Positions 25,875 to 38,759 of a stretch of 64,000 nt of DNA are shown piece by piece. The notes beneath the pieces were generated by a model that saw nothing but the letters and a program-made list of their open reading frames with translations, was not told where the DNA came from and did not search any database. The position numbers were made by a program, and so were the translations under genes. Source of the stretch: Octopus sinensis (lineage: Eukaryota). Where the stretch lies: positions 91,884,001 to 91,948,000 of the forward strand of contig NC_043003.1 of assembly GCF_006345805.1 (NCBI RefSeq), given 5' to 3'. How positions within the stretch are numbered: position 1 is the first letter of the stretch; every line of letters starts with the position of its first letter.

Positions 25875-26650
25875 TTATTTACATTTGACGGATATTTGTC
25901 CTCATCTTGTTTGTTGTTAACACGTTTTGGCTGATATACCCCCCAGCCTTGTTCAGGTGTCTTGGGGAAATTTCGAACCTGGGTTCTCATTCTTAAGGTA
26001 TTTTTCAATGTTGTTGTTCATGTCACTGCCTGGAATTGAACTCAGAATCTTGGGGTTAGTAGCCTTCACTCTTAACTGCTACGCCATATGCCCATGGGCA
26101 GTTATGGAGTGAATTTTAGGGATTATAAATCTAATATTTTCCTATCTTTCCTTAATACCAGTTCCCATATGCTGCTTATATCTGCACTCAGTCTGCTTAG
26201 GAGGTTGTTGTGTCCTAGCATATGTGCTGCTTCTTTTAGTTTTCGTATTTTCCGGTGGTGTTCTCTGTCTATTATTTTAACTTCATCCCACAGGGGAAGG
26301 TGGTCTCCATTTTTCAATACATGATCAGCTATACCTGATTTATCAATATCTCCTCATGTCACAGCTTTGCGATGTTCCTCTACCCTTATTTTGAGGGGGC
26401 GGCATGTTTTGCCTTTGTATAACCTACCACAGCTGCATGGGATGGAGTACATGCAGTTTTTGGTCATATTCTTTTCTATTGGTGGTTTTACCTGAAAGAC
26501 ATATTTGTGAAGTGTTGTATTGCTCTTGAATACTGTCCTGATGTTATATGGGCCGAATATCTTTTGTAGCTTTTTGGAGAGGCCTTTCACATAGGGTAGA
26601 CAGACTGTAGGCAGTTTATTGGTTTCATCCTCTCCTTTCTTCATTATTAA
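25875..26650 (-). mobile_element. Penelope-like element remnant: GIY-YIG endonuclease region (26123-26650) plus a downstream repeat with a decayed hammerhead-like motif (25921-25960)
   Basis: LPYVKGLSKKLQKIF...MYSIPCSCGRLYKGKTCRPLKIRVEEH...SGIADHV...WDEVKIIDRE...RKLKEA; one internal stop at 26354-26356. A SINE head fragment (about 26020-26095) separates the two parts. Confidence 0.88.
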
Positions 26651-26717
26651 AAAAAATATTTTGTAGCAAATTATATCATATGAAGGAAGATATTTCATTT
26701 GAACTTTCTGTCTTCAG

Positions 26718-26869
26718 GTTCTGGTTTTATCGAGGCTCAGAAGAACCGTGACTATGTGGTACAGAAGATGTCTGATGAAATCCATGAGATAATTCGGGTG
26801 TTGCAGCTCACAACCTATGATGAAGAAAACTGGGATGCTGATGATTTGACTGTGATGAAGAAAGCTCAG
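26718..26869 (+). CDS. VCL: Vinculin exon: (G)SGFIEAQKNRDYVVQKMSDEIHEIIRVLQLTTYDEENWDADDLTVMKKAQ
   Basis: tcttcag acceptor, GTACTT donor; 152 nt, phase 1 to 0; EIIRVLQLT motif typical of the vinculin/alpha-catenin family. Confidence 0.97.
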
Positions 26870-29800
26870 GTACTTATTGATTAAAAGCTAATTTCTCTAA
26901 CATAGAGAAATTGTACTTCTCTTGAGTCACTAAGTCTTGATTTTGACTTGAAATTCAAAGTCATTTAGATTAACTCATCTGTCTCTGGTTCTTTGACAGA
27001 ATTCCACTTGTTTTAAAGCATTTATATTTAAATGACAATCGTATTTAAATTTTTTAAATCATGATTTTATGTAAAGTCTTGTTAACTTTTTTGATACCAA
27101 CATACCTAAGACCCCAGTTCTAGGATATAACCGTTTTAAATTATCTAAATTAAGACCTTTCTTCAAAATTTCATATTTTATTCCAAATAACAGTTTAACG
27201 AGTTATTTGACTAAATTCATCATTATTTTCCATTTTAATTGAAATAAGGGCAGTGTATTTCAATAGAAATATATTAACAAAGGGGTTAGTCTTCAACTAG
27301 TTTTCTTTGGTCCACCAGCCAAATGTTGATTGTAATGTAAATAGCTTGGAATGATCCTATGAAGGAGATGTGAATCAGGCATATTTATTGGTTTCATCCT
27401 CTCTTTTCTTCATATTTAGGCTATTTTAATGGAAGCTACTATAGTGTGGGTATAATGCCACTAGATTATCACAATGTAAACACTCATTCATCTGTGGCAT
27501 TAGGAATATAGATCAAATATCGACAATGGTTTCATGCTGTTATGCTGTCAGCTACCTTTATGTAATGACTGTGGCCACATGACACTTTTAGTCACATGGC
27601 AAGTATTGATAAAAGATACTGCACTTTGTGTACAGAAATGCATTTTGTAGTCAGGTGATTCTTTACCTGATTATCAGATTTTAATAAAATATCATTAAAT
27701 CAAGATAATAGGAAACTGACAAATGATTTAAAAAAAATTGTATTTGTATATTTTCTTTTATATCTTTCCTATTCATCAAATATAGTTTTATTAACTTTTT
27801 GATTTTATGCCTATGCTGGGCCTTGATCAGCTATAAACAACAATCGAGTTTCTCTTAAATAATACTCTATTGTTTTAATAAATAAAAACCATATTTGATA
27901 ATGTAGTTCTGAATATAGTGTGTTAGGGTGGGAGAGGAATGGAGATGAATAGAATATGGTTGGAATGCTTATGCTCATAGGTCCTTTAGATCAAGAAGAA
28001 CATGGATGTAAACAATAACAGTAATTTTTATTTGATTATTATGTTTGAAACTCTTTCAAGAATATTCTTCAGTCAGAAGATAAACCCTTCTACCTTAATG
28101 TTTTTAAAATTTAAATCGACATCTTTGTCTATATATCTAACCTTCTCTATAATGTCATCAGTTGATATGAAAATTATTTATTAATGGAAAACCTCTATAA
28201 ATGGCTGATGATTGCTCAATGTACATCTAAGCACACACTTGTATAAGTATGGATACATACATGCAGATATATAGTCATGTACATGTATATATATATACTC
28301 CCACATCTACTGCCCCTTCCTACTTCCCACATGACCAATTTCTTGTCCACCATGCAGTCAATTTCCTGTCCACCACATGGTCAGTTTCATGTTCACCATG
28401 CAGTATTTTCCAACTAATTGTTGTTGCTGAAATACCAACATCAAGCTGCTATACTGCATGACCTTTCTTGACCAATCTCAGGTTAACGTCCAGTAGTAAA
28501 CATTGACTCTCTTCTCTCAAACTCTCTTTCAGACCCCAATGGCTGAAGACTAGCCACATGCTTGAAACTCAGAGTACTAAGAAGTCTGAATCAAACTGGT
28601 TTGATCTATATATATATATCAATCATATACCATTCATATACATATTTGAATAGTTTGTATGTGTGTTGGTAAATGGTATGTATGCATGTTTGTATGTAGC
28701 CATACATGCATATATATATATATATATATGATTGGAGTACTTTTATACATTGAGAGGTTATGTAATAAAGTTGGTAGTACCATATTTAATACAGACATCA
28801 TAAAAAAGCTAACTAGAAATAATTATACAGAGAGGGAAAAACTATATTAGTCAATGGCTAATATCATTTTAATTATTCCAGTAACTTCAAAAGACTTATT
28901 AGTTAAATAGATTGCTTTTGGGAAGGTTTAAGTGTCTTCAGCAAAGCACGGACTTTACTATACTTGCAGAAGTAATGATAAAAGAATCTACAAGTAGAAA
29001 GAATCTTTAAGTACAACACTTTATACAAACAGAAGTGAAAAATTAGCATATTGTCATGTATTGAACTCCTAATCAATATATAACAAATGCTGTAAATTTG
29101 TTTAAATAATTGAAAACTGCCAGTGACAGGGCATGCACGAGTTTTATGTGAACTTGTCTGTTTTTTTTCTTCTGTATATTGCAATCAAAATAAAGAGGGA
29201 CACACAACTGATTCCATCACTACAGGATCGCAGTTGATGTTGTTACCCCTTCTCATGTTCTGCTGTTGGTTATGCTTCTGCTACAGCGAGATTGAAATTC
29301 ACAGTTTATGGCTATTTGATCTTTGTTCCTATACCTGTGCTTATGAAATAAGAAAATTACAAAACTTGACACATAATTTAGAAACTGACTGAAAAAAAAT
29401 TACTTCTGGGATGCCATCCTCATGGAAAACAATAGTCAAGTTGGTGCTTTCATAGTTTATCCAGTGATTTGTCATGGATTTTGTGAAAGTTTTCTCCTGC
29501 ACAGTTGGATTCCATTTTTCTTATAACGGTTCAGCATTGCTGGATTTTTCTGCTTTTCTCAACTTCTCTTAGATTCACATTTGAAATCAGAGGAAACTAG
29601 TTACAGTCTGCATTGGCAACAACTATTTCATAGAATCCATAGAAGAGTTTACTCTTCATTGAGATGAGGAATAACGATTTTTATATCGGATTCAATTTTC
29701 ATACTTTCACTCATCACAGCAAACAAACTTTATATAATGCTCACAAGAATTTTCCTGTAAGATTCTCTCATTCTTTCTTTGCATCATTTTTGTTTAGTCT

Positions 29801-30734
29801 AGATTGTGGATTAAAACATTGAGTGTTTAATCCAATACTTATAATCTTATTTTCTTTTCCCACCTTCCTCTTTTATCTCTTTTCTGAGGATATAGAAGGT
29901 AATAATATTAGATTAAATTTTGGGTGTTTTCCTTTTAAAACATCCTAAGGTTATTTCTCTTTCTTTCTATTCTTTTTAAATATATGATTTGCTTTCATAT
30001 TTATGTTATCAGCTCTTCACTGAAGTTTTTAAAATTCTTTCAATCTTTTTTTTCTATGTTTATTCCTTTTGATAGAAATTTTATTTTATTCCTTTTTAAA
30101 GAAAAAATTCCTCTTAGGTGAGTTTGCGTGTGTGTTAATTTGAATAAGATCTCATATAGATTATCTCTGTCTGGAAGGGTGTTGTCTGATCTTTCAGTTT
30201 GGTGATACATACATACGCTCACCCATATATATATATAGGGTGTCTCATAAATGATAGGACACATTTTACTTATTATATATTATACACTTTTATCATCATT
30301 ATCGGACACCACGTGTGTGTATACCCTTGTCAAGACATCACTTGGTGTTTGTAAATGTACATCATCATCATACAAACAAACTTGCTTGTTTCCAGTCTTC
30401 CATGAAAAATATGTCTAACTATGAGAAAATATTACCTTGCTTCAAAGCAGGTGAAAGTTGGTGACAGGAAGGGCATAGAAAATCTGCCTCAACAAATTCC
30501 ATCTATGGAAAAATGAATGCTAAATGATGAGAACGACATGTGTGTGTTTGTGTGTGTGTTAATCTTCCGTCATTCTCCCCTCCTTTCTTTCTTCTTTGTA
30601 ACTGTTCTGTTATATGACCTTTTATATCCTCTCTAAAGATTAATTTGTATGTTCATTTTCTTCTTTCACATCTGAATTGTTAATCCTTCCCATGCTCTTT
30701 TTATTCTATCTGTCAATCTTAAAATTTCATTTAA

Positions 30735-30913
30735 CCCTTTAGAATTCAAACTAACCATATCTGGCCTAAATATTCTACCAGTTTTATGTTAAAACTAGCC
30801 AGATCTGGCCTCTCACACCTATCCTACATTGTCATTCTAAAATTAAGCAGTCACAGCATGAAACTCTTGCAGCTAAGCATTACATTTGAGAGAGTTATCT
30901 GAATGCTAAAGGG
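30735..30913. mobile_element. piggyBac-like MITE, 179 bp
   Basis: TTAA on both sides (30731-34, 30914-17); 13-bp terminal inverted repeats CCCTTTAG[AC]ATTC matching at 12/13. Single-end fragments at about 43170-43297 and 50375-50500. Confidence 0.85.
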
Positions 30914-31063
30914 TTAAACTTGAAGTAAATATCCCCCCTACCACAAAGGAAAACCCCATATCCTCCCAGAACAAAAAAGGATGAAAAAATATCTTCCACT
31001 AAACAATATTTGTGTCTTATTCAATAATTACATTTTCTCATTTCTTTCATATCTGTTTTTCAG

Positions 31064-31136
31064 TCAGCAATTGAAGGAAAACTGAAGCAAGCTAGTGATT
31101 GGCTACAAGACCCAGCAGCTTTGGTTGGCAGCGCAG
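31064..31136 (+). CDS. VCL: Vinculin exon: SAIEGKLKQASDWLQDPAALVGSA(G)
   Basis: gtttttcag acceptor, GTAAAA donor; 73 nt, phase 0 to 1; matches SIDSKLNQAKGWLRDP. Confidence 0.94.
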
Positions 31137-31265
31137 GTAAAATTCTTTAAATTTACTATGGTTGTTAATTCATTTCTTTCTACTACTGTTGTTGTTATTT
31201 GTGATCTTTCTCCAGCATGGGTTTTTCAAGGGAGCTGCTGGCTACATGTTTACTCAACCTGCCTG

Positions 31266-31335
31266 AAATAAGAAGTATAACTCCCTCAAATAAGAAGTAT
31301 AACTCCCTCAAATAAGAAGTATAACTCCCTCAAAT
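31266..31335. repeat. Perfect 22-bp tandem repeat AAATAAGAAGTATAACTCCCTC, 3.2 copies
   Basis: Directly visible; units identical. Confidence 0.95.
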
Positions 31336-31368
31336 CTTAAGTAAAGGAAGGAAGGGATATATTGAGTA

Positions 31369-31585
31369 ATCATCATCATCATTGTTCGGCCGTGGTCGAG
31401 ACAATGGAATTTACCATGCTACGCCAGACTTCAAGGTCCATCATAGCATTACGGAAGTCCTGTTGCTGGATGCCTGTATCCCTGGAGATTACATCAGGGT
31501 AGGAGAGTGTGCGCCCTCTGGCATCGCGAGTAGATGGCTTCCAGAGGAGAAGAGTAGAAATTGCCTCGTTTTCAGCTCTACAACA
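31369..31585 (-). mobile_element. 5'-truncated RTE/RTEX-type LINE 3' end with (TGA)n tail
   Basis: Open frame CCRAENEAISTLLLWKPSTRDARGRTLSYPDVISRDTGIQQQDFRNAMMDLEVWRSMVNSIVSTTAEQ* followed by TGATGATGATGA. Confidence 0.8.
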
Positions 31586-32462
31586 ATGTTGTTTACTGCC
31601 TGAAAGAAAAAAATTGTTGGGTGGGTTATGGTTGGATTGTTTTTAACCATATTTTTACTTGATAAAGGCTGACTTAGTGCCAAACAATAGCCGCAACTTG
31701 TGTCAGGTTTTAAGCCCCTTACTGCAAATCAGTGAAACACTTGTGTATTAAACAGTGTTCCTACTGACTATTTTATGTTATATGGCAATTTATGAGCTAT
31801 AGTATCATTAGTTACTGATTCACTGTATTTCTGACTTCAAGATTTACAATGAAGCATTTATAGTTCTGTAAGTCAGCGAATTTAAGCTGAAGAGCATTTT
31901 TCATCTGTTTTTTTTCTATGCTGACATGGGTTGGAAGAGACTTGTTGAGGTAATATTATATAGTTGAGTACTCCAGATCCTGACTCATAACATTATCTTT
32001 TTCCAAGTCAAATAAGATACTCTCTAATGTGTGTGTGTGTGTGTATATACACTCACACACACATGTACATATACATGTAAATACACACACATGTGTATAT
32101 ACAATGGTCTCCCACAGTTTCTGGTCTTTCCAAATATTAGTGAGCTCAAGACTATGACAGAGACACTCGCCCAAAATGTTACACTGTGGGATCAAAACCA
32201 AAACTACACAGTGTACAACCATATGATTCTGGGTTTGGTCTTCTTAACCACACAACCATACCTATGCACAGTGATAGTAAGGGATGGAAGTGTTAGTATT
32301 ACCAATGTTTTGAGCCTCTTTCTACCATTGCTACTAGGAGTTGGCACTACGAGAAGAAAGAACTAAAGAGCTAAAGTATTACTATTGTTGGTATTGTTTG
32401 TAATACTTTATTTTCGTTTCATAAGTATTTAATTAATTAATTTTTTTTGTTATTTACTTCAG

Positions 32463-32611
32463 GTGACAAAGCCCTCCATCAAATTTTAGAAGATGCTCGG
32501 AAAATTGCTGAGAGGTGTGCTGATCCTGCTGAGAGAGATGCCATCATACGGAATGTGGGAGATATTGAATCCATGGCAAATAGTTTGGCTGAACTTAGGC
32601 AGCAAGGAAAA
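32463..32611 (+). CDS. VCL: Vinculin exon: (G)DKALHQILEDARKIAERCADPAERDAIIRNVGDIESMANSLAELRQQGK
   Basis: tacttcag acceptor, GTAAGG donor; 149 nt, phase 1 to 0; vinculin internal repeat. Confidence 0.96.
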
Positions 32612-33689
32612 GTAAGGGAGTCGAATTTAAATTCTGAGTTGATATTTTGATTTTGTTGTTGATAGTTGTGATGGATGGCTGATGTTGTAGAGTGTCAGGG
32701 AAAAGGATTTACAGTATTTTGGTATGTCCCTTTACATTCCCCACTTAAATCTTTCTTGGATCAAATTTATTGTTCATTCTTCTCCCACCCCCAGGGTTGA
32801 TAAAGTAAGTACCACTAAAATACATAAAATACAGGTGAGGATTCACGTTCAAAACATCTGGCCTCACTGCAATATAACAGTTGTATGCCAGACTGATGGT
32901 GGTCTGGTAGGCTGAATAGAAGTTTAATGAACTGAATGGTGGTGTGCTGCATTAAATGTCTTTACATTTTGTTTTAAGTTTTTCCTGGGATTGGCTTCTT
33001 GCATCATAACTTTAGTAAACTAAGTATCATTACAATTCTATATTGCTGAGATGAGGAATTGATATGTATACTGTTTGGACAATCAAGATGATGTCACCAG
33101 TCCAACTAATATAAACAGGATACATAAGTAACATTAATATGGCACCGAGTTCTCAGTTGACTCTGTTGCAAATATTCTGACTGGGAGAAGCCTGAAGATA
33201 ACTTTCTATCTTCTTTCCATTAGCCTCTGAGGTTTTGAAAAAGGATCATGCATACTGCCTGCCAGCATGGAAAATGGACGTTAAAGGATGATATATATAT
33301 ATACACACACACACACATATATATGTGGCTGTGTGGTTGAGAAGTTTGTTTCTCAACCATGTAGTTTTGGTTTCAGTCCCATTGTTTGACATATTGGGCA
33401 AGCATCTTCTATGAACCCAGGATGACCAAAGCCATGTGAGTGGAATTGCTAGATGGAAACTGAAAGAAATCCATCCTAAATATTTATATGTACTTGTGTG
33501 AGTTCTATCATCCACTTTTTTAAACACCTTCCATTCAGTCTATCTATCTTTCTGTCTATATATCTTTGAATAGACTGTAGTAACTATTGTTAGTGCAGTC
33601 ACATCTGTGAATTACCGTAATGCTATGCAGTTCTATATTCCTTTGCCAACAAATGTACCACCTCATACATTTAAATAATAATAATGAGC

Positions 33690-34280
33690 TAATTGTATAT
33701 AGTGCTGAGGTGCACTACATCTCATTAGAAAAGGTAAGAAAATGGGGTAGAAAGCAACCATAAGCCCAATAAAGACAGCTAGAAGTACATGCACAGTACA
33801 CAGGATAAAACAGAGAGAGAGAGAGACCATTAAAAGAGCCACAAAGAAGAAAAGTTGCATAAGCATATCAGGAATTGTGTTGGCAAATTTTGGAAAGCGT
33901 GGAATTTTTGCAGGATGCAATGCCCTGACAGCTAATGACTGACACAGTTTAATTTATGCTTCAAGAATTCTGAACTTGAAGAAAATGCTTCCAAAAATCA
34001 TGCTACACTGTTTTTTGATTCTATAAGCATGATCCATGAGTGATAAAGGAACTGAATTTTAAAAGGCTGCTGAAGTTGTTGGGAAGATGGTGAATAATCT
34101 TGTGACCTCCTACCAAGTAGCTACTAGATGTGAAAACTCTAGTGTGTTGATTCCTAGAGAAGCATGACTTTCAAGATATGGGTGGCCGACCGGAAGGTAT
34201 TTGTCTGGTTGTGTGTCTCTTGACAGTTTCCAGCAGACTAATATTCTGAATAAAATGCATTTTCCAGACTGTTTTCATCA
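33690..34280 (-). mobile_element. Degraded CR1-type LINE 3' fragment
   Basis: Minus strand: LLETVKRHTTRQIPS and FFKFRILEA*IKL resemble LENVQRRATK and FF..RV...WNKLP. The tail gtgcacctcagcactatatacaat...(ATT)n also occurs at about 38370-38420(+). Confidence 0.55.
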
Positions 34281-34773
34281 TGTGTATAATGAAGGCAAAA
34301 ACCACATTCAGGTCAGGAGTAAAACATTCTCAGAGTTGTTTCCCTTACTTACCCCGTCCCCCAGTGCAAATATTGAGTGAAAATAATATTAGTCAATAAT
34401 AATGATATTTACTGTCTATTTTTCTTTACCACATTTTGATAAAATTTTTTATGCTCCCTGATTTGAGTATATTAACACTAACTTAACCGTTATTTCACTT
34501 ATTAGTCTATCTATTTCTCTTTGCATCCATTTATTCGTCTCTTTTTCTTTTGCCTTCCTTCTTTCCTTTGTGTGTGTGTTACACATACACATACATATGT
34601 ATCTGTCCATTATCTGTGCATTTACATGTCAGTCTATTGCTCTGTGCAGCTATAGTTCTGTCTGTTCACCTCTCTGTCTTGTCCCACTATCTGTTTCCTA
34701 TTTTTTTTCTCCCTGTCCACCTTTCTGTTCCTCAGACAATCATACTCAGTTAAAAATATTATTATTAATTATT

Positions 34774-35460
34774 GCAAGCTGGCAGAATGTTAGTACACCG
34801 GGCAAAACACTTAGTGGTATTTCATCTGTCCTTATGTCCTGAGTTCGAATTCTGTTGAGGTCAGCTTTGCCTTTCATCTTTTCGGGGTTGATGAAATAAG
34901 TACCAGTTGAATACTGGGGTCGATGTTATTGATTTACCACCTCCCGCAAAATTCAGAAAGGATTATTATTATTATTATTATTATTATTATTGTTATTATT
35001 AAAAAGGCAGTGAGCTGGCAGAATCATTAGCACACTGGGCGAAATGCTTAGCGGTATTTTGTTTGCCCCTATGTTCTGAGTTCAAATTCCGCCAAGGTTG
35101 ACTTTGCCTTTCATCCTTTCGGCGTCAATTAAATAAGTACAAGTCACACACTGGAGTCGATGTAACTGACTTACCCCCTCCTCCCAAATTTCAGGCCTTG
35201 AGCTTATAGTAGAAAGGATTATTATTATTATTATTATTGCAAGCTGGCAGAATCCTTAGCATGTGGACAAAATGCTTAGTAACTTTTTATCTGTCATAAT
35301 GTTCTGAGTTCAAATGTTGTTGAGGTTGACATTGCCTTTCATCATCTTGGGGTTGATAAAATAAGTATCAGTCAAGTGCTAGGGTTGTTATAATTGATTA
35401 GCCCCCTCCCTCTAAATTTCAGGCCTTGTCACTATAGTAGAAAGGACTATTGTTATTATT
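34774..35460 (+). mobile_element. Head-to-tail trimer of SINE family B (34774-35000, 35006-35238, 35239-35460)
   Basis: Three successive gctggcagaat...gagttc[ag]aat...ctttcatc...aataagtac...agaaagga(tt a)n units. Confidence 0.9.
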
Positions 35461-35737
35461 GACTGAATCAGAAGGGTATCTAGTCCTGTCCATTTACATT
35501 GTGAATTCAAACCTAGCCAATGTCAATTTAGTCTTTCATTTTACCAGGAGTGAGGAGGTGTTAGTAAAATAGGTACCAGTTGAGTAATAGAGCTGACCTC
35601 CCCCAAAGTTTTATATATATATATATATATAATATATATATATATATATGTGTGTGTGTGGGTATATATATATATATAAAATCAATTTTATAATCATTAT
35701 TAAAAATTTAATTTACATATTGTTATAAATTTTTCAG

Positions 35738-35930
35738 GGTAGCAGTCCACAGGCCATGGCTTTAGCCAGAGAAATCCAGAATAAACTTGGCAGTTTGCAG
35801 CAGTTAACCCAGATGGGAATTGTTAACACAGAACGTAGTGGGATCCGTAAACCTGCTCCTACAGTATCTGGCAAGGTAGAACAAGCCCAGAGGTGGTTAG
35901 CTAATCCAGGACTTGATGATAAAGGACTTG
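35738..35930 (+). CDS. VCL: Vinculin exon: GSSPQAMALAREIQNKLGSLQQLTQMGIVNTERSGIRKPAPTVSGKVEQAQRWLANPGLDDKGL(G)
   Basis: tttttcag acceptor, GTAAGG donor; 193 nt, phase 0 to 1; GK[VI]EQAQRW motif. Confidence 0.97.
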
Positions 35931-37003
35931 GTAAGGACATGTTTTTACTTATTTTATTCAATTTGATGTGCAACACTAACATTAACCTAATATATTTATT
36001 GTAAGGGCTGCTATTTAGTTAAATTGGACATACTTAATATTGTTGGCTTTGGTAACTTGGAAACTCTCATTGAATCAGGTGGCTTAGCTCCAGGTTATCT
36101 TAAGTTCCATTTTTTTCATCAACCTTATAGGAATATGTTTGTCACTATTAGTATTATTAATGCTGAGAGTAAAGCAACAATACTCTGTGGTATGTGTCTC
36201 TACGGTGTAAGTTCAAGTCCCTTGATATCAACCTTGCCTTTCATCTTTTAGGAATCAAAATAAATTTCCTCTCAAGCACTGTGGTCAATGGTATTGGTTT
36301 ATTCATTCCCTTCTTCTCTCAAAATTGTTGGCTTTGTGCCTAAATCAGAAACACTTATTAATACAGAAAGAAAGATGGTGGAGTTTCGAAATGTTGGACT
36401 CAATAGCTAAATATATTTCATTCTGTCCCCTTAAGTTTAACTATCATTGGGATGTATTTGAGCTTTCATCTTTCTCAGTTACCCTAGGTCAGTAAATAAT
36501 CATTAATCATACTAGTTATAAACTGGTGTTGATTGAATTGTCTGTAGCTCTCATTTATAAATGTATGGCTTTGGTATCATTATTGATGCTAACCACATTT
36601 TCATTGAAATGCTTCTGTTTTCAATTAATATTAAAAATAATGAGCAATTTAATAAACTAACTTTGTCATTATTAACCTGAAGTTTGGAACATAAGTTAAC
36701 ATGAAATTTTGATAGATTTAAAATTTAGATCACTTTAATACAGGAAGTTTTTATCATAGATCTAAGGATAGCCTTAGGTGTTTGGTATCAAGAAGATTAA
36801 CCATTTTGGTACAAAACTTTAAAATTTATTGTTTTATCTTCAGTTTATTTTAATTTGTTTTTAACTATTTTTTTATACTGCTTTAAGTCTCAAGCTCTTT
36901 AATTTTCTTTCCCTTTCTGTAAGGCCTGAGTCACATTGTTTTATGCCTGAGTAACAATTTGCTTATGGTTTTATGTTATTTATTTTCACTTTGTGTTATC
37001 CAG

Positions 37004-37149
37004 GTGAACAAGCTACACGCATGGTTGTTGCTGACGGGCGCAAAGTGGCAGAATCCTTGACTGGACCACAAAGAGCAGAGCTCCTTCGTCTTTGTGATGA
37101 GACTGAAATATTAACCAATCAGTTGGCAGATATGATCCGAAGGGGACAG
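37004..37149 (+). CDS. VCL: Vinculin exon: (G)EQATRMVVADGRKVAESLTGPQRAELLRLCDETEILTNQLADMIRRGQ
   Basis: ttatccag acceptor, GTAATG donor; 146 nt, phase 1 to 0. Confidence 0.96.
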
Positions 37150-37873
37150 GTAATGATATGATCTGGAAATCTTGCCTTTAATATTTTTATAATATTCTTC
37201 TGTGTGTTCTTCTTCGTTTTTTTTTTTTAATCTCTATGACAATCATTTAACTAATCTACCACCCTAAGCCTACTTTGGGTAGTTGAAATAATCTGTAGCT
37301 TGAGTGCCGTTTATGGAATCCATTCTGTTGCAATCATTCAGGGCAGAGATCTCCGGTCTGGAGATAACTTAATTGTGACTCTATATCTATGTTAGAAATC
37401 ATTATTAGCTTTGTCAGGGTAGTGGATTAGCTGAATCATTAGAATATTGTAAAAAATGGCTTGTGGTATTTCTTTTGGTTCCTTGTGTATTGATTCAAAT
37501 CATGCTGAGGTCACCTTTGCCTTGCAGTTGATAAAAGGAAATACATACCAAGTACTGGGATCAGTGTTATCAATTAACACCCTCTTCTTTAAAGAATTGC
37601 TGTCCTTGTACCTAAATTAGAAACCATTATGCCATTATTAGCAAATTGATAAAAAAATGGGTTCTTTTGGGGTTTCACATTTCATAAAAATTATGTTAAA
37701 TTCTTTCTGGCCTTAGGCTACTTTTCTGGAAGATAAAAAAAGCAACGTCAAACAGATAAAAATACTAGTTGTAATCAGATTTAAATTCAATTTTCACATA
37801 TTTTTGTATGTTTTTTGTTTTCAACTTAAAAAAAAATTGACATTACTAATATTTATTTATTTTAATCAATCAG

Positions 37874-37966
37874 GGTAATACTCCCCAAGCTCAAGCATGT
37901 GCACGCCACTTATCTGAGAAGTTACATGCTCTGAAGAACAAAATTGGTGAAGGCCTTGTTAATCAG
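37874..37966 (+). CDS. VCL: Vinculin exon: GNTPQAQACARHLSEKLHALKNKIGEGLVNQ
   Basis: aatcag acceptor, GTATTG donor; 93 nt, phase 0 to 0; matches GESPQARALASQL. Confidence 0.93.
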
Positions 37967-38689
37967 GTATTGTCAGTTATTTATTTATATAAAAAATACA
38001 ATTGTTAAGCTTATCATCATCCTACCTGTAATCACAAAAACTAAATATTAATTTAAACTTTATCTCCAATTAATTTAAACTCATCTCCAACACAATCCTT
38101 AGAATTTATTTCTAAAACCAAATGGAATATTTCAAAACACTGATATCAAAATAAATGTCATATATTTGAAAGTAATAATGTTAAGTACAATAATATTATC
38201 TGAATGTAATAACATCAAGTTGCTGGAGCATGGAACAAACTACCTGCATCAGTTGTTAGTCGCCCTCCATATGCATGCACACATATATACCATGACTCAT
38301 ACACTGTTCACTTTCCTGACTTTTGTACATAATTCTATGTACTGTACATGCACCTTTGATAAGTTGTAGTGCACCTGAGCACTATACACAATAATTTCAT
38401 TATTATTATTATTATTATTTTATATATATATATATATATATATAAAGGTAACAACATCACATGGTAATCTGCCCCTTCTATGACAGTGCCTCCTTCAAGA
38501 AAAGCAGTGCACCCTTCTAAATAATGTTATTATGCCCTTTTCTCCTGGAATTGTATTCCCTTCTGACCTTGTACCCTCCCTTTGAAAAATTCCTGGGACC
38601 ATGCCTGCATACCATAGCTTTCAGACATTTTACCAATGAATTGGTTAATAGTAATAATTTAATATTTTCTTTTTGCTTTATTACAACAG

Positions 38690-38759
38690 GTGGCAGAGGA
38701 CTTCATTGATATGACCACCCCTCTGAAGCAGTTGAGTGATGCTGCAATTGTTCCTCTTG
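38690..38759 (+). CDS. VCL: Vinculin exon: VAEDFIDMTTPLKQLSDAAIVPL(G)
   Basis: ttacaacag acceptor, GTAAGT donor; 70 nt, phase 0 to 1; matches VSDVFSDTTTPIKLL. Confidence 0.95.

Noticed and set aside
31266-31335. CRISPR-like repeat array
   Set aside because: Units are contiguous with no spacers, the context is a eukaryotic intron, and there are no cas genes.
33663-33920. Nested minus-strand membrane-protein gene
   Set aside because: The hydrophobic ORF overlaps a decayed CR1-type LINE end and simple repeats, with no splice structure.
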